Source of the DNA: an uncultured virus (IMG/VR IMGVR_UViG_3300046689_000650)
Lineage: Duplodnaviria; Heunggongvirae; Uroviricota; Caudoviricetes
DNA: 64,000 bases
Virus record (IMG/VR): IMGVR_UViG_3300046689_000650
Direction: 5' to 3' (one strand)
The notes beneath the pieces were generated by a model. The model was not told the origin of the DNA. It worked only from the letters and a program-made list of their open reading frames with translations, and did no database searches. Of this stretch, positions 38,661 to 48,018 are shown in pieces; position 1 is the first letter of the stretch, and each line of letters starts with the position of its first letter. Position numbers and translations under genes: made by a program.

Positions 38661-39263
38661 TCAGCCTGCGTCGCCGTCGATGATGCTCTGCTCCTCCAGC
38701 TGGACCTTGGCCTTGGCGTTGCGGAGCATCTCCTGCAGTTCGATGTCCTGCTGGGTGACTTCGGTGACTTGGGCGTCGACCTTGGTGGGGGCGTCGAGGC
38801 CGAGGAGCTTGCGCTGGGATTCGTTGTTCTTCCGCCGCGCGTCTTCGATCTTCAGGAGGCGGTCGATGGCGGCTAGGACGGGCCCGTCGTCGAGGAGCGG
38901 CTCGCCGTCGTCGAGCTTGATGACGCGCCCGTTGTTGACGGTGATGTGGTGCCGGTCGAGTACTTCCCGGGCGCGCGCCTCCAGTTCGTCGAGGCGGAGG
39001 AGTTCGCCTTCGAGTCGTTCGAGGTGGAGCACCCGGTAGGCGTCGATTTTCGGGTCGACGCGGCGCGCGAGTTCTTCGCGCAGGAGGTCGCGGGCTGTGG
39101 TCCAGGGGATGCGGTCGCCGCGGGTGGGCCCGTCGGGGGCGGCGGTGATGGCTTCGATGGCGCGGAAGGAGTGGCCGTCGAGCTTCAACTGGAAGACGAT
39201 CGCCGCCTTCTCGGCCTGCTCGGCCGGGTTCTTCCGGTTGTACGGTCCGGGTCCAGCGGCCAT
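38661..39263 (-). CDS. Terminase small subunit
   Basis: N-terminal HTH, KLLGLDAP; immediately upstream of the large subunit. Confidence 0.75.
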   Translation of the reverse strand: MAAGPGPYNRKNPAEQAEKAAIVFQLKLDGHSFRAIEAITAAPDGPTRGDRIPWTTARDLLREELARRVDPKIDAYRVLHLERLEGELLRLDELEARAREVLDRHHITVNNGRVIKLDDGEPLLDDGPVLAAIDRLLKIEDARRKNNESQRKLLGLDAPTKVDAQVTEVTQQDIELQEMLRNAKAKVQLEEQSIIDGDAG

Positions 39264-39401
39264 ATCCCAGGCTCCTCACATCTGCAGCATCACACTGGCT
39301 TCACCTTCGAATGATAGGAGATGAGTGTCGACTAGTCGCTAAGTCCACCACCGAACCACCCGTTGCAGGCGCACCATTGAAGGTGACGGAAGGGGTTGGC
39401 T

Positions 39402-39590
39402 ATGGTCTCCGCACGAGGTGGCAGGTACGGCTTCGTCTATCGCAGCCGCCAGAACGTGTACCGGGCGCTGCGCCGCAAGGGCATGACCAAGACCAGGGCT
39501 GCGGAAGTCTCGAACGCCGGCCGGACGTTCCCGCAGCGCAGCGTCATGGCGCGCCAGGCGGCGAAGACCAGGCATGCGCGCGGCCGGTAG
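39402..39590 (+). CDS. Small basic protein
   Basis: YRALRRKGMTKTRAAEVSNA. Confidence 0.55.
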   Translation: MVSARGGRYGFVYRSRQNVYRALRRKGMTKTRAAEVSNAGRTFPQRSVMARQAAKTRHARGR

Positions 39591-39671
39591 CCGATCGAGG
39601 GACATTCCACCAACACCTCCCCAAGCCGCCCGCCTCCCCCTACAGTCGGCTCACTGCAACAGGAGGGGGCC

Positions 39672-39878
39672 GTGATGGCTGGGGGATGTCGGGACTGCAC
39701 CACGTGCACGAAGCCGGGCTTCGCACGGATGGGGCAGAACCTGGGGGTCGGGTTCATGCATCTGATGACGTGCGGGATCAGCTGGATGGTGAAGCGGGGC
39801 GGCATGTCGCACTGCCCGCAGTGCAAGCACCTGCGGTCCAACCACCAGACCCGGCGCGACGGCTCGTACATGGACTGA
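39672..39878 (+). CDS. Small Cys-rich protein
   Basis: AGGAGG RBS; CRDCTTC, CPQCKH; terminator follows. Confidence 0.6.
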   Translation: MMAGGCRDCTTCTKPGFARMGQNLGVGFMHLMTCGISWMVKRGGMSHCPQCKHLRSNHQTRRDGSYMD

Positions 39879-39931
39879 CGGCGTGACGAAGGGCCCGCTC
39901 CCGGGGTGGGGGCGGGCCCTTTCGCGTGGGC

Positions 39932-40150
39932 TCAGTTGTCGGTTTTCATCGCTCGTGCGCAGCCGGGGCATTCGCGGATGGGGCGGTTCGGGTATCCGCG
40001 GGCGAGCCAGCCGGTCTTCCCGCAGGCGGTTTCGAGCGGGTCCTCGTACCAGCGGTTGTCGATGGGCCGGCGGGTGCGGTGGTGGGTGCGCCCGTTGACG
40101 AAGCGGACGTCCTTGACCGGGAACTGCTCGGCGACGGTCGGGGCGGTCAT
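39932..40150 (-). CDS. Small hypothetical protein
   Basis: TACG...CPGC; coupled to the upstream gene. Confidence 0.55.
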   Translation of the reverse strand: MTAPTVAEQFPVKDVRFVNGRTHHRTRRPIDNRWYEDPLETACGKTGWLARGYPNRPIRECPGCARAMKTDN

Positions 40151-40425
40151 CAGTCCTCGTCTCGGTCGTACATGGCGTCCCAGTAGCGGTCGTCAGCTGC
40201 GGCGGCCTCACGCGGGCTCTCGGTCCAGTCGCAGGCGCGGGGCTTGGACGCCTCGCTGGCCAGGCGCCGGTTCTCCTCGGCGCGGGCGCGGTAGAGCCGG
40301 ACGAGGTCGCCGCGCCAGACACGGTTGGCGTCCTCGGCTGCGGCATCCCAGCGGGATGCAGCCTGCCGGTACGCGTCGGCGAGCAGCTGGGCGGTGGTGG
40401 GCTGGGCGTCAAGCTGGACGGTCAT
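40150..40425 (-). CDS. Hypothetical protein
   Basis: GAGGAG RBS. Confidence 0.5.
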   Translation of the reverse strand: MTVQLDAQPTTAQLLADAYRQAASRWDAAAEDANRVWRGDLVRLYRARAEENRRLASEASKPRACDWTESPREAAAADDRYWDAMYDRDED

Positions 40426-40494
40426 GCGGCGGTTCTCCTCGTGCACGGGTGCGGCCTGGGTGCGCTTGCAGGTCTGGTGCGTCGTGAAGTTGGT

Positions 40495-40869
40495 CTAGGC
40501 GACCTCCGTGGTGAGGAGGTGGCGGGTGCCCGGGTAGGCGAAGAGGCCGGCGTACAGGGCGTCTTCGATCGCGCCGTAGACGTTGACCTCGATCCACTTG
40601 CCGGTGGTGCGGTGCTGCGCCCACACGCGGAGGGGGTCGCGGCCGGTGGCGGCCCGGTAGGCCTTGGCGACGTGGCGGCCGAACCAGGACTGCTTGCCGT
40701 CGGGGAGGTCGCTGCCGCCGATGCGGGCGAGGAAGTCGCCGGTGCGAACGAGCCGGCCGTCGGCGATGAGGACGGCGAGGCGGCCGTTGATGACCAGGTA
40801 GCGGAGCGCCTTGGTGACGGTGCGGGCGGCGGCCTGGGTGCGGCGGCGAATCTTGGCGATGCGGATCAA
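40495..40869 (-). CDS. Basic hypothetical protein, possibly DNA-binding
   Basis: TTG start with GGGGA RBS; SWFGRHVAKAYR. Confidence 0.55.
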   Translation of the reverse strand: MIRIAKIRRRTQAAARTVTKALRYLVINGRLAVLIADGRLVRTGDFLARIGGSDLPDGKQSWFGRHVAKAYRAATGRDPLRVWAQHRTTGKWIEVNVYGAIEDALYAGLFAYPGTRHLLTTEVA

Positions 40870-40996
40870 CGGGTCCCCCTTGGTGCGCTGTTCCTTGCTG
40901 TCCCTACAGACCTTACAGTCGAACCGTAAGGTTCGCAAGGTTCTTGAGAACCTGGAGGTCTAGCCTTACGAACCTGGAGCCCCTTACACTCCTTGC

Positions 40997-41203
40997 ATGA
41001 CCAAGCCGCAGAGCATCCCCGTCGAGCAGGCACGTAAGGAGTTCGCCGACCTCCTAGACGGCAGCCAATTCCGCAGCACTCACACGGAGATCACCCGCCG
41101 CGGGAAGTCGGCAGGGTTCGTCGTGCCGCCCGAGTGGTACGCCCGCGCCGTCGAAGCGCTGACCAGCGAACATCCCGCAGGCGGCGAGGAGACGACCGCA
41201 TGA
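40997..41203 (+). CDS. Phd/YefM antitoxin-like DNA-binding protein, leaderless
   Basis: VEQARKEFADLLD..ITRRGK...VVP; TACACT 6 nt before ATG. Confidence 0.8.
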   Translation: MTKPQSIPVEQARKEFADLLDGSQFRSTHTEITRRGKSAGFVVPPEWYARAVEALTSEHPAGGEETTA

Positions 41204-41922
41204 CCAGCGCCGGCGAGAGCCTCGCCACGGAGCGCATCCAGGCCGCCGGGTACCGGGCCTTAGAGCCATACCCCGGGCGGGTCAACCTGCGGTGGCTACT
41301 GGAGTGCACAGAGTGCGGCGAGCAACAGCGGCTACGCCCGGACCCCAAGCTGAAGCCGTGCCAGCACAAACAGCGCCGCGCCGACGAGGCCTCGGCCCAG
41401 CGATACTTGGACGCTCTCCTCGCGGTGCGGACACGGACGCTGGGCACGAAGAACCTGCGGGCGCTGGAGGACCACCCGGGCGGTGAGGGTGAACTGTGGT
41501 GGGTGGAGTGCAAGTTCTGCGGCCGGACGTGGCACATGTCGGAGGACAAGCTGCGCGCCTGCCCACACAAGGGGACGGGCGACGCGGGTGCGCCCACGCC
41601 GCCGCCGAAGCCGGCCCCGAAGCGGCGGGCGAAGAAGGCAGTGAAGCCTGCGCCGTCGTTCGAGTATCTGCCCGTGCGGTGGGCGGTGCCCGGTCTGCCC
41701 GAGGAGCGGAACACGTACACGGGTCGGGTCTCGCGGGATCGGTGGGACGGTGCGTCTCCGGAGGAGCGCGAGCGGTTGATGGCTGAGCAACGCGAGGCGC
41801 TCGTCAACACCGTGTTCAGGGCGACGGGCGTGGCCGTCGAGTCTGCCGGGATCACGTACAAGGTGTACGACGACCGGGAGAGCGCGGGTCCGGTGCGCCC
41901 GGGTGAGGAGCCGACCACGTGA
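41200..41922 (+). CDS. Zn-ribbon hypothetical protein containing a TTA codon
   Basis: Two LE.(Y/H)PG..W..EC..CG..C.H repeats; TTA at 41260. Confidence 0.6.
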   Translation: MTSAGESLATERIQAAGYRALEPYPGRVNLRWLLECTECGEQQRLRPDPKLKPCQHKQRRADEASAQRYLDALLAVRTRTLGTKNLRALEDHPGGEGELWWVECKFCGRTWHMSEDKLRACPHKGTGDAGAPTPPPKPAPKRRAKKAVKPAPSFEYLPVRWAVPGLPEERNTYTGRVSRDRWDGASPEERERLMAEQREALVNTVFRATGVAVESAGITYKVYDDRESAGPVRPGEEPTT

Positions 41923-42233
41923 GCGCGCCCGTCGCGGGTACGACCCGCTACCTGTGCCCACTCGAATGCGGCTGGCATCACGACGTCCCACCGCCGAGCG
42001 CCGAGCGGGTGGTCGAGCTGGGCACCATGGCTGACCTTGCCGGGCGAACCCCGAGCGAGGTGATCAACGCAATGGCGACGCAGGCGTGCCTTCGGGAAGC
42101 CGAGTTGACGGAGACTGCGTTGCGCGAGCATCTGGCCACGCACACCACGGAGCAATTCGTGCGCGTGATCCACGACCTGCGGGTCGAGGTGGCCACGCTG
42201 CGCGAGCGTCCTGGCGTGGCACCGACCACATGA
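41919..42233 (+). CDS. Hypothetical protein
   Basis: CPLECGW...EHLATH. Confidence 0.55.
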   Translation: MSAPVAGTTRYLCPLECGWHHDVPPPSAERVVELGTMADLAGRTPSEVINAMATQACLREAELTETALREHLATHTTEQFVRVIHDLRVEVATLRERPGVAPTT

Positions 42234-42299
42234 GCTGGCACACGTAGCGCTTCCCGGATTCCGCCCCGTCTCCCCCGCCGCCGCGGGCAGACTGCCGGT

Positions 42300-42482
42300 A
42301 TGGGTGACGTGGTGTACATGGTCCGCACGAAGAGCAGGGCGTCATGCCAGCGGGAGTTGGACCGGATCTGCGCGCAGTTGGGTGCGCGGCCGACGACCCT
42401 GCCCACGGATGCGGCCGGCATGGGCTGGGTCGCACGCGCTGAGCCCACGGAGAAGACTCCGGCGGTAGAGCCCACCGCATGA
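42300..42482 (+). CDS. Small leaderless protein
   Basis: CAGACT 6 nt before ATG; hairpin follows. Confidence 0.5.
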   Translation: MGDVVYMVRTKSRASCQRELDRICAQLGARPTTLPTDAAGMGWVARAEPTEKTPAVEPTA

Positions 42483-42528
42483 CGAAGGCCCCGCCCGAAT
42501 CCCGGGCGGGGCCTCGCTGTGTCTGCGT

Positions 42529-42798
42529 CTACCGGGTGTTCTTCTCGATCACACTGATCGCGATCTTCGACACCTCGTCAGTCGACAGGCCGTCGCACTC
42601 CGGCGGCTTGCCGGGCGCGCCCTTCAGTTTCGCGGTTCCCGGCTCGTACTGAGCTTTGATCGCTGCCCTGCATGCTGCTTTCCCGGTCGCGGGTTGGGGC
42701 GCCACGCTGGCCGGCGGGGCTGGGTCGTCGGTGCTGCTCACGCATCCGGTGGCGAGCAGCAGGGTGGCGGCGAGTACAGCGACGGTGGCGCGGTTCAT
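42529..42798 (-). CDS. Small lipoprotein
   Basis: Lipobox LLATGC; two further Cys. Confidence 0.7.
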   Translation of the reverse strand: MNRATVAVLAATLLLATGCVSSTDDPAPPASVAPQPATGKAACRAAIKAQYEPGTAKLKGAPGKPPECDGLSTDEVSKIAISVIEKNTR

Positions 42799-42901
42799 GG
42801 TCCCCCCAGGACTGTGTGGAGTCGGGATGCTAGCGGCGACAGGAGTGGTTACGGGCGGGTCTGGGCGAGGTTCACCGGATCGGGACCGGCCAGCGGCCGT
42901 C

Positions 42902-43378
42902 CTACTGCTGGTTGTTGGTCTTGGCCCACACGCCCTTGGTCGTTGTCTGGACGTGCCGCTGGTCGACGTTGCCGTTGTAGTGGTGGTGGACGTCGGGCTC
43001 GGGCTTGGCCCGCTTTACGAGCCTGCTGATCGCGAGGACGAGTGCGGTGGGGGCGCCGAAGACGAGGGCGCAGACGATGGGGTCGGCGAACTGCGACACG
43101 TACATGAGGACGGCCGCGGTCCCGCCGACCATGACGGTCGTGGCGCCGCCGGCGAGCATCATGACGCTGGCGTCGGTGGCGCCTTGGCTCATCGCCGGAC
43201 GGCCGGGCTGTTGAACGGGCTGGGCCGTGCCGATGGTGGGGACGGGGCTGTCGTCGCGGAACGAGGTGGGGGTGCGCATCGCGTCCTCGATGGCGGCGAG
43301 TAGCTGGGCGGCTTGGGTGTCGAGGTGGGCCTGCCCGGCCGCGGGGGCGGTGGGCTTCGGCTCGGGCAGGACGGTCAT
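42902..43378 (-). CDS. Two-TM Spd-like membrane protein
   Basis: Pro-rich N-terminus, two TM segments, HHHYNGNVDQ tail; downstream of traB. Confidence 0.6.
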   Translation of the reverse strand: MTVLPEPKPTAPAAGQAHLDTQAAQLLAAIEDAMRTPTSFRDDSPVPTIGTAQPVQQPGRPAMSQGATDASVMMLAGGATTVMVGGTAAVLMYVSQFADPIVCALVFGAPTALVLAISRLVKRAKPEPDVHHHYNGNVDQRHVQTTTKGVWAKTNNQQ

Positions 43379-43391
43379 GGTCGGTGGTCTC

Positions 43392-43994
43392 CTAGTCGAT
43401 TTCGCCGGTGCCGGTGCATACGGAGCAGCGGATGCGGGTGGTCTTGTGCAGGTGGCTGTCGAGGTCGATGTAGCCGTCGGTGCAGAACGGGCAGGCGTTG
43501 ACGGGTTCGGGCGTGTAGTCGGGGTCGGGTTGGTGGCCGCCGGCTTGGAGTCCCCAGGCGGCGCCGATCGCGGCGGCTTGGGCTGCGGCGACGGCGTTGG
43601 CGACGGGCCGTTTGGCGGCTCGGAGCGCGGCGCGCTTCTTGCGCCTGGCGGCCGGTTTGATGATCCGGGTCCAGACCGCGCGGCCTGCGACCTTGAGGTC
43701 GTCGGCGGTGAGTTCGGGGTGGAGGATCCCGGCGAGGACGGCGCCGCCGATGACGACCTCGAACGTGTCGTCGTCCTCGGCGCACTGTCGTCCGGTGCGG
43801 GCCTCGTTGATCTGGAGCAGGTGGCCGCGGGTGATCAGGGGCTCTTCCCAGCTGTGGCCGTTCCAGCAGTTGCCCCATGCGGGGAAGGCGTCGATGAAGC
43901 TGTCGCTGTCGAGGGTGAACGCCTGCGAGGCGCAGTCGGGGCACAGGTAGGGGTGCCCGTCGACGGTCATCTGCTGGATCTTCAGGGTGAGCAT
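43392..43994 (-). CDS. Zn-finger protein of the transfer region
   Basis: CPDC, CWNGH, CPFC..CSVCTGTG. Confidence 0.6.
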   Translation of the reverse strand: MLTLKIQQMTVDGHPYLCPDCASQAFTLDSDSFIDAFPAWGNCWNGHSWEEPLITRGHLLQINEARTGRQCAEDDDTFEVVIGGAVLAGILHPELTADDLKVAGRAVWTRIIKPAARRKKRAALRAAKRPVANAVAAAQAAAIGAAWGLQAGGHQPDPDYTPEPVNACPFCTDGYIDLDSHLHKTTRIRCSVCTGTGEID

Positions 43995-44020
43995 CGAACC
44001 GGGACCTTCCTCGCATTTTG

Positions 44021-44203
44021 ATCGGACAAGACGCGGACAGTGGACGGAAACCTGCAGGTGGGGCACCGGACAGGCATCGGACGGAGGGGGTCACGCAGCC
44101 CTCGAACTGTCCATGCGCGTCCGATGTCGGTCTGGTGCGTGACCTGCGGCTTTGCGGCCCGTGTCCGATGCCTGTCCGATGTCAGTTGCGGACATTCCGG
44201 ACG
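44021..44203. repeat. Phased YGGACR repeats and a 16-bp inverted repeat (clt-like)
   Basis: About 11 hexamers, many in 11-bp-spaced pairs; CGGACAGGCATCGGAC 44067-44082 / GTCCGATGCCTGTCCG 44163-44178. Confidence 0.65.
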
Positions 44204-46287
44204 GCGGTGATGTCGGTCAGCAGGTAGCCCAAGGTCCGCTGTCCGTCAGGGCCGGTGACCTTCTTCGCTTCGATGTCGACGCCGAGACGGTCCAGTTCGT
44301 CCTTCAGGATCTTGCCGACGCGGATCGACCAGCCGTGGCCCGTCTCGCCGTCCTGCTGCCCGTACTTGACCGAGTCGGTGGCGGCCAGCGCGGCGAACAC
44401 TTCGGCGTTCGTCACGTTGCCGCGGCCCGTCGCCTTGGCAAGAATCTCCAGACGCTCCAGCAGGGTGACGCGAACGATGCGGCCGTTGCCGCGCTCTCCG
44501 CCGGCTGCCGACGAGACGCCGGTCCAGGCCAAGAGCTTGGCCTCGATCGGGTCGTGCCACTGGCCGGGCAGCCGGCCCGCGGCCTTCCGGAGCTCGTAGG
44601 CGTCGGCGATGATCGGCGCCTTGTCGTCGTCATCGATGAAGAACGAGCGCAGCGACACCGTGCCGAGGTCGGGCGACTTGAACCAGAACCGGCCCGGCTG
44701 GTCGAGCGGAATCACCGAGGCGTCGTAGCCCTGACCGGCCATGCCGTCGCCGAGGATCGTGTTGGAGGCGTTCGGGGACTCGGTGTTCATGGCGGCCCGG
44801 GAGATCAGGTTCTGGCGGAGCCGGCCGCGGACGACGTCGACTTCCGGAACCTGGGTTGCCGCCACGAGGAGCACCCCGAGGCCGGCACCGACGGCGCCGA
44901 TCTGGGCGAGACTCTCGACGATCTCGTCGACGTAGGGGCTGGTGCCCTTGGCGGTGTACGTGGCCAGCTCGTCGATGTCGATGAGCTCGATGCCGCCGAT
45001 TGCTTCGATCAGGTCTTCCGTCAGCTTGGCTTTGCCGCGCTCGTCGAGGAAGTCACTGCGCCGGTCCAGATCCTCCAGGACGGCTCGCAGGAACAGGGCG
45101 AGTCGCTCGGGGTTCTTCTTGACGAACGTGGCCAGCAGGCCGGAGAAGGCGTTGTGCTCGCCGGACGCCTTGCCGTCGAAGAGGCGCAGGTTGAGCCGCA
45201 CATCCTTGGCGGCGCCGAGGTTGAGGTTGGCGAGGAACACGCCCTTGCCTCGGCGGGTGGCGCCGCCGACGAGCATCATCGTGTCGCGGACCCGGACGAG
45301 GACGGTGTTCCCTCGTTTACCGAAGGCGAGCGGGGCGCCGTCGTTCCACAGGTCGAGCTTGCCCTTGTGGCCGATGAGCGGGGAGACGTGAGCACTGGCG
45401 AACGGGTCCTCACGGGAGACCCAGATCTCCAGACGGGACTCGCTGCTGCCTGCACCGCGGCCCACGCTGAGGTCGAGCCAGTCGCTGTGGACTGCGAGCG
45501 CGGAGGCGATCTCCTTCTTCTTGGCGAGCGCGATCGTGGCCGGCATGCCGGAGGGCAGGTCGACAGCGAAGGCGATGCCCGGTCCTTCCGTGTGAGGCAG
45601 ACCCACGCCGCGGATCTCGGCGGCGCGCTTCTCGGGGACGACGCCGGCCTCGACGAGGACGCGCCGCATGGTCTCCTCCCCCAGGTGCGAAGTGCGGGTC
45701 GGGGCCTGGGCCGGAGTGACGGCCGGCTCGGTGGGGCGGCCGTGGTAAGCGCCGGTGAAGATGACGGCGAGGGCGAGGAGCACCTGCATCCACCAGCTAC
45801 CGAGCGCAGCAACGGCGGTGCTGCTGCCGATGACGACCAAGCCGCTGATGCCGGTACGGATCCAGTGCTTCGACTTGTGCTCCCGGTACTCGGCACGCAG
45901 GACCCGGCGCAGGGCGCGCGCCTTCGCCTGAGCCGCCGCACGGGCTTCACCCCGCGGAAGGCTGCGGGCATCGCGGATCATCTGCTTCGCCGTTGCGATC
46001 TGCTCCCGGTAGTCATCCTGTCGGGCTACCCACCAGCGGAGGCACAGTCGGCGGTAGCCGCGCAGCGACCAACCCAGGTAGTAGGGCGAGTGGGTGGCGT
46101 GGTGGGTGGCGAAGTCGACGGCGTTGTCGCGGGCGTACACAACCCACTGCCGCAACTGCTGGGCGGACATCATCCAGGCGGGTCGGGGGCGCTTCTCCAC
46201 GACCCACGCTGCGGTCGGGTCGACTGGCTTGGGGGCGTCCTTGACGAGCGTCAGCGCAGCACGCTCGTCAGTCAGCGGGGTGGCCAT
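44182..46287 (-). CDS. traB: FtsK/SpoIIIE-family TraB-like conjugative DNA translocase
   Basis: N-terminal TM pair, GATRRGKG Walker A, DGK, IDIDE Walker B, ATQ.P, C-terminal wHTH-like region. Confidence 0.85.
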   Translation of the reverse strand: MATPLTDERAALTLVKDAPKPVDPTAAWVVEKRPRPAWMMSAQQLRQWVVYARDNAVDFATHHATHSPYYLGWSLRGYRRLCLRWWVARQDDYREQIATAKQMIRDARSLPRGEARAAAQAKARALRRVLRAEYREHKSKHWIRTGISGLVVIGSSTAVAALGSWWMQVLLALAVIFTGAYHGRPTEPAVTPAQAPTRTSHLGEETMRRVLVEAGVVPEKRAAEIRGVGLPHTEGPGIAFAVDLPSGMPATIALAKKKEIASALAVHSDWLDLSVGRGAGSSESRLEIWVSREDPFASAHVSPLIGHKGKLDLWNDGAPLAFGKRGNTVLVRVRDTMMLVGGATRRGKGVFLANLNLGAAKDVRLNLRLFDGKASGEHNAFSGLLATFVKKNPERLALFLRAVLEDLDRRSDFLDERGKAKLTEDLIEAIGGIELIDIDELATYTAKGTSPYVDEIVESLAQIGAVGAGLGVLLVAATQVPEVDVVRGRLRQNLISRAAMNTESPNASNTILGDGMAGQGYDASVIPLDQPGRFWFKSPDLGTVSLRSFFIDDDDKAPIIADAYELRKAAGRLPGQWHDPIEAKLLAWTGVSSAAGGERGNGRIVRVTLLERLEILAKATGRGNVTNAEVFAALAATDSVKYGQQDGETGHGWSIRVGKILKDELDRLGVDIEAKKVTGPDGQRTLGYLLTDITAVRNVRN

Positions 46288-46295
46288 GGTTCTCC

Positions 46296-47468
46296 TCAGT
46301 GGTTGTGGCCGTTGACGGCGACGTGCTGGCGGGCGGTGGTGGCGGCCTGGGTCTTGGCGAGGGGATGGAAGGGCAGTGCGTCACCCTTGCTGCGACGGTG
46401 TGCCGGGGGCTGCCTGTGGACCCCGTTCTTAGGCTTCTCGGAGGTCTTCTTGGAGGCAGGGGGGAGATCGGTAACGACCTGCGGCTTTCCGGTCACTCCG
46501 AGTGCCGTCGCGGCGGGGGTCGGGAGGACGAACCGCAGGGGCTGCCCGGGAGTCTTCGAGCCGCGGCGGAAGTGGTCAAGGATGCGGCGCCGGATGACTG
46601 TTTCGTCGAGAGGCGCGGGATCCATCGCCGCGTCCAGGGCGGTCGCCGAACGGACGGCGTAGGCGTGGAAGCGGGGCGTCATGCCGGGCTTGTCGGTGCC
46701 GTGGACGATCGCCCACGCCTGCGCCCACGCGTCCTCGAACTTGAGGCTGCCGTAGGGCGCTGCGGAGATGAGGCGGTCGGCGATGTCTGCGGCGGTCTTG
46801 TGGTGCTTGCGCCGCTTCTTCTCGTGCTTGGCGCGCGCCTTCTCCTCGGCCTGCTTCTTCGGGTCGACATGGCTGGCGGTCAGGGTGAGAACCCACTGGC
46901 GGACTTCGAAGAACAGCGGGCCGAGCATCGTCACCGCGGCCAGCCCCCAGCCGACCGCCGCAGCGTCCGCAGCGGACAGGCCGCGGCCTTCGAGGCTGCG
47001 GCCGTAGCCGAGGTTGATGTGGGCGGCGTATCCGGCCGCCCCCATGGACAGGGCGCGGAGCAGCCAGCGCACCCAGACGGGCAGCTTCTTCTCGTCGGCG
47101 TAGGCGACGCCGGCCGCCATCACCCAGGCGCCGCCTTCGAGGGCGGGCCCGATGGGGAACAGCATCCAGTGGATGGTGACGAAGTGGATGATCTGTGCGG
47201 GCAGGGAGGCCAGCGCAGACAGAGAGACCAGGCCGAGGGTGCCCTTCCGGTACACGTTGCCCGGGGTGAGGGTCTTCTCCCGGCGCGCGGCGCGGGCCTG
47301 GCGGCGGGCCGTGCGGTCGCGACGCTGCTGCGCCAGGACCTCACGCTCCTCTTCGCGGTCCTTGCGGCGCTCGTCGCGGCGCAGCTGGGACCGGTGCTCG
47401 TCGTTGCGGCGGCGCTCGGCGGCGTCAGCGGCCTTGTCGGCGCGACGCTCTTCGGACCAGCTGCTCAC
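46296..47468 (-). CDS. Multi-TM spread (SpdB-like) protein
   Basis: Charged coiled N-terminus, four TM segments, basic C-terminus; directly upstream of traB. Confidence 0.65.
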   Translation of the reverse strand: MSSWSEERRADKAADAAERRRNDEHRSQLRRDERRKDREEEREVLAQQRRDRTARRQARAARREKTLTPGNVYRKGTLGLVSLSALASLPAQIIHFVTIHWMLFPIGPALEGGAWVMAAGVAYADEKKLPVWVRWLLRALSMGAAGYAAHINLGYGRSLEGRGLSAADAAAVGWGLAAVTMLGPLFFEVRQWVLTLTASHVDPKKQAEEKARAKHEKKRRKHHKTAADIADRLISAAPYGSLKFEDAWAQAWAIVHGTDKPGMTPRFHAYAVRSATALDAAMDPAPLDETVIRRRILDHFRRGSKTPGQPLRFVLPTPAATALGVTGKPQVVTDLPPASKKTSEKPKNGVHRQPPAHRRSKGDALPFHPLAKTQAATTARQHVAVNGHNH

Positions 47469-47499
47469 GGTGATCGATTCCCTTCAGGGGTGTGGGTGG

Positions 47500-47703
47500 T
47501 CAGGCGGTGGCGGGCTTGGGGGTGTGCCGGTGCCGCCGCTCCCAGGCGGCGACACCGGCCAGGGCGATGACCGGCAGGGGGATCGCGGCGAGGACGACAC
47601 CGAGGCCGTGGAACACGACCCCGACCGGGGTGACGGCGGCCGGCCACAGGCCAACGACCAGCAGGTAGGCGGCGAGCAGCGACCAGGCGATGTAGCGGAG
47701 CAT
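47500..47703 (-). CDS. Small hydrophobic (Spd-like) protein
   Basis: MLRYIAWSLLAAYLLVVGLWP; GAGG RBS. Confidence 0.6.
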   Translation of the reverse strand: MLRYIAWSLLAAYLLVVGLWPAAVTPVGVVFHGLGVVLAAIPLPVIALAGVAAWERRHRHTPKPATA

Positions 47704-47794
47704 GACGACCTCTCAAGGTCAGTGCGGATAGGGGATGGTGCTGGCCAGTTCTCCTTGGCGCCCGGGTGGGGGTCCGGGCGCCGCGGACAGCCGG

Positions 47795-47935
47795 TCAGCG
47801 CTTCTTGCGGCTGTAGGCCTTGTCGAGCTCGGCGGTGACGTTCTGGCCGGGGGTGATCCGGGCGTACACGTCCTGGCCCTTCTTGACGTTCTCGGGAGTG
47901 GTCAGGTCGGTCGCCGGGGTCTTCTTGGCGGGCAT
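47795..47935 (-). CDS. 46-aa protein
   Basis: GAGGAG RBS; its stop is the first triplet of the repeat. Confidence 0.6.
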   Translation of the reverse strand: MPAKKTPATDLTTPENVKKGQDVYARITPGQNVTAELDKAYSRKKR

Positions 47936-48018
47936 GCAGTACTCCTCGGGTCGGGGGTGGAAGTCGCTGGCGCGGTTCCCCTCACCGCCCGTGCGAGACG
48001 GGCGGATCGGGCAGCCGG

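Noticed and set aside
20626..38683. Many + strand and alternate-frame ORFs over the structural operon
   Set aside because: Arg/Pro/Gly-rich shadow frames without motifs or RBS
44152..47570. Long + strand ORFs (836 aa and 423 aa)
   Set aside because: Antisense shadows of traB and the spd-like gene, typical of high-GC DNA
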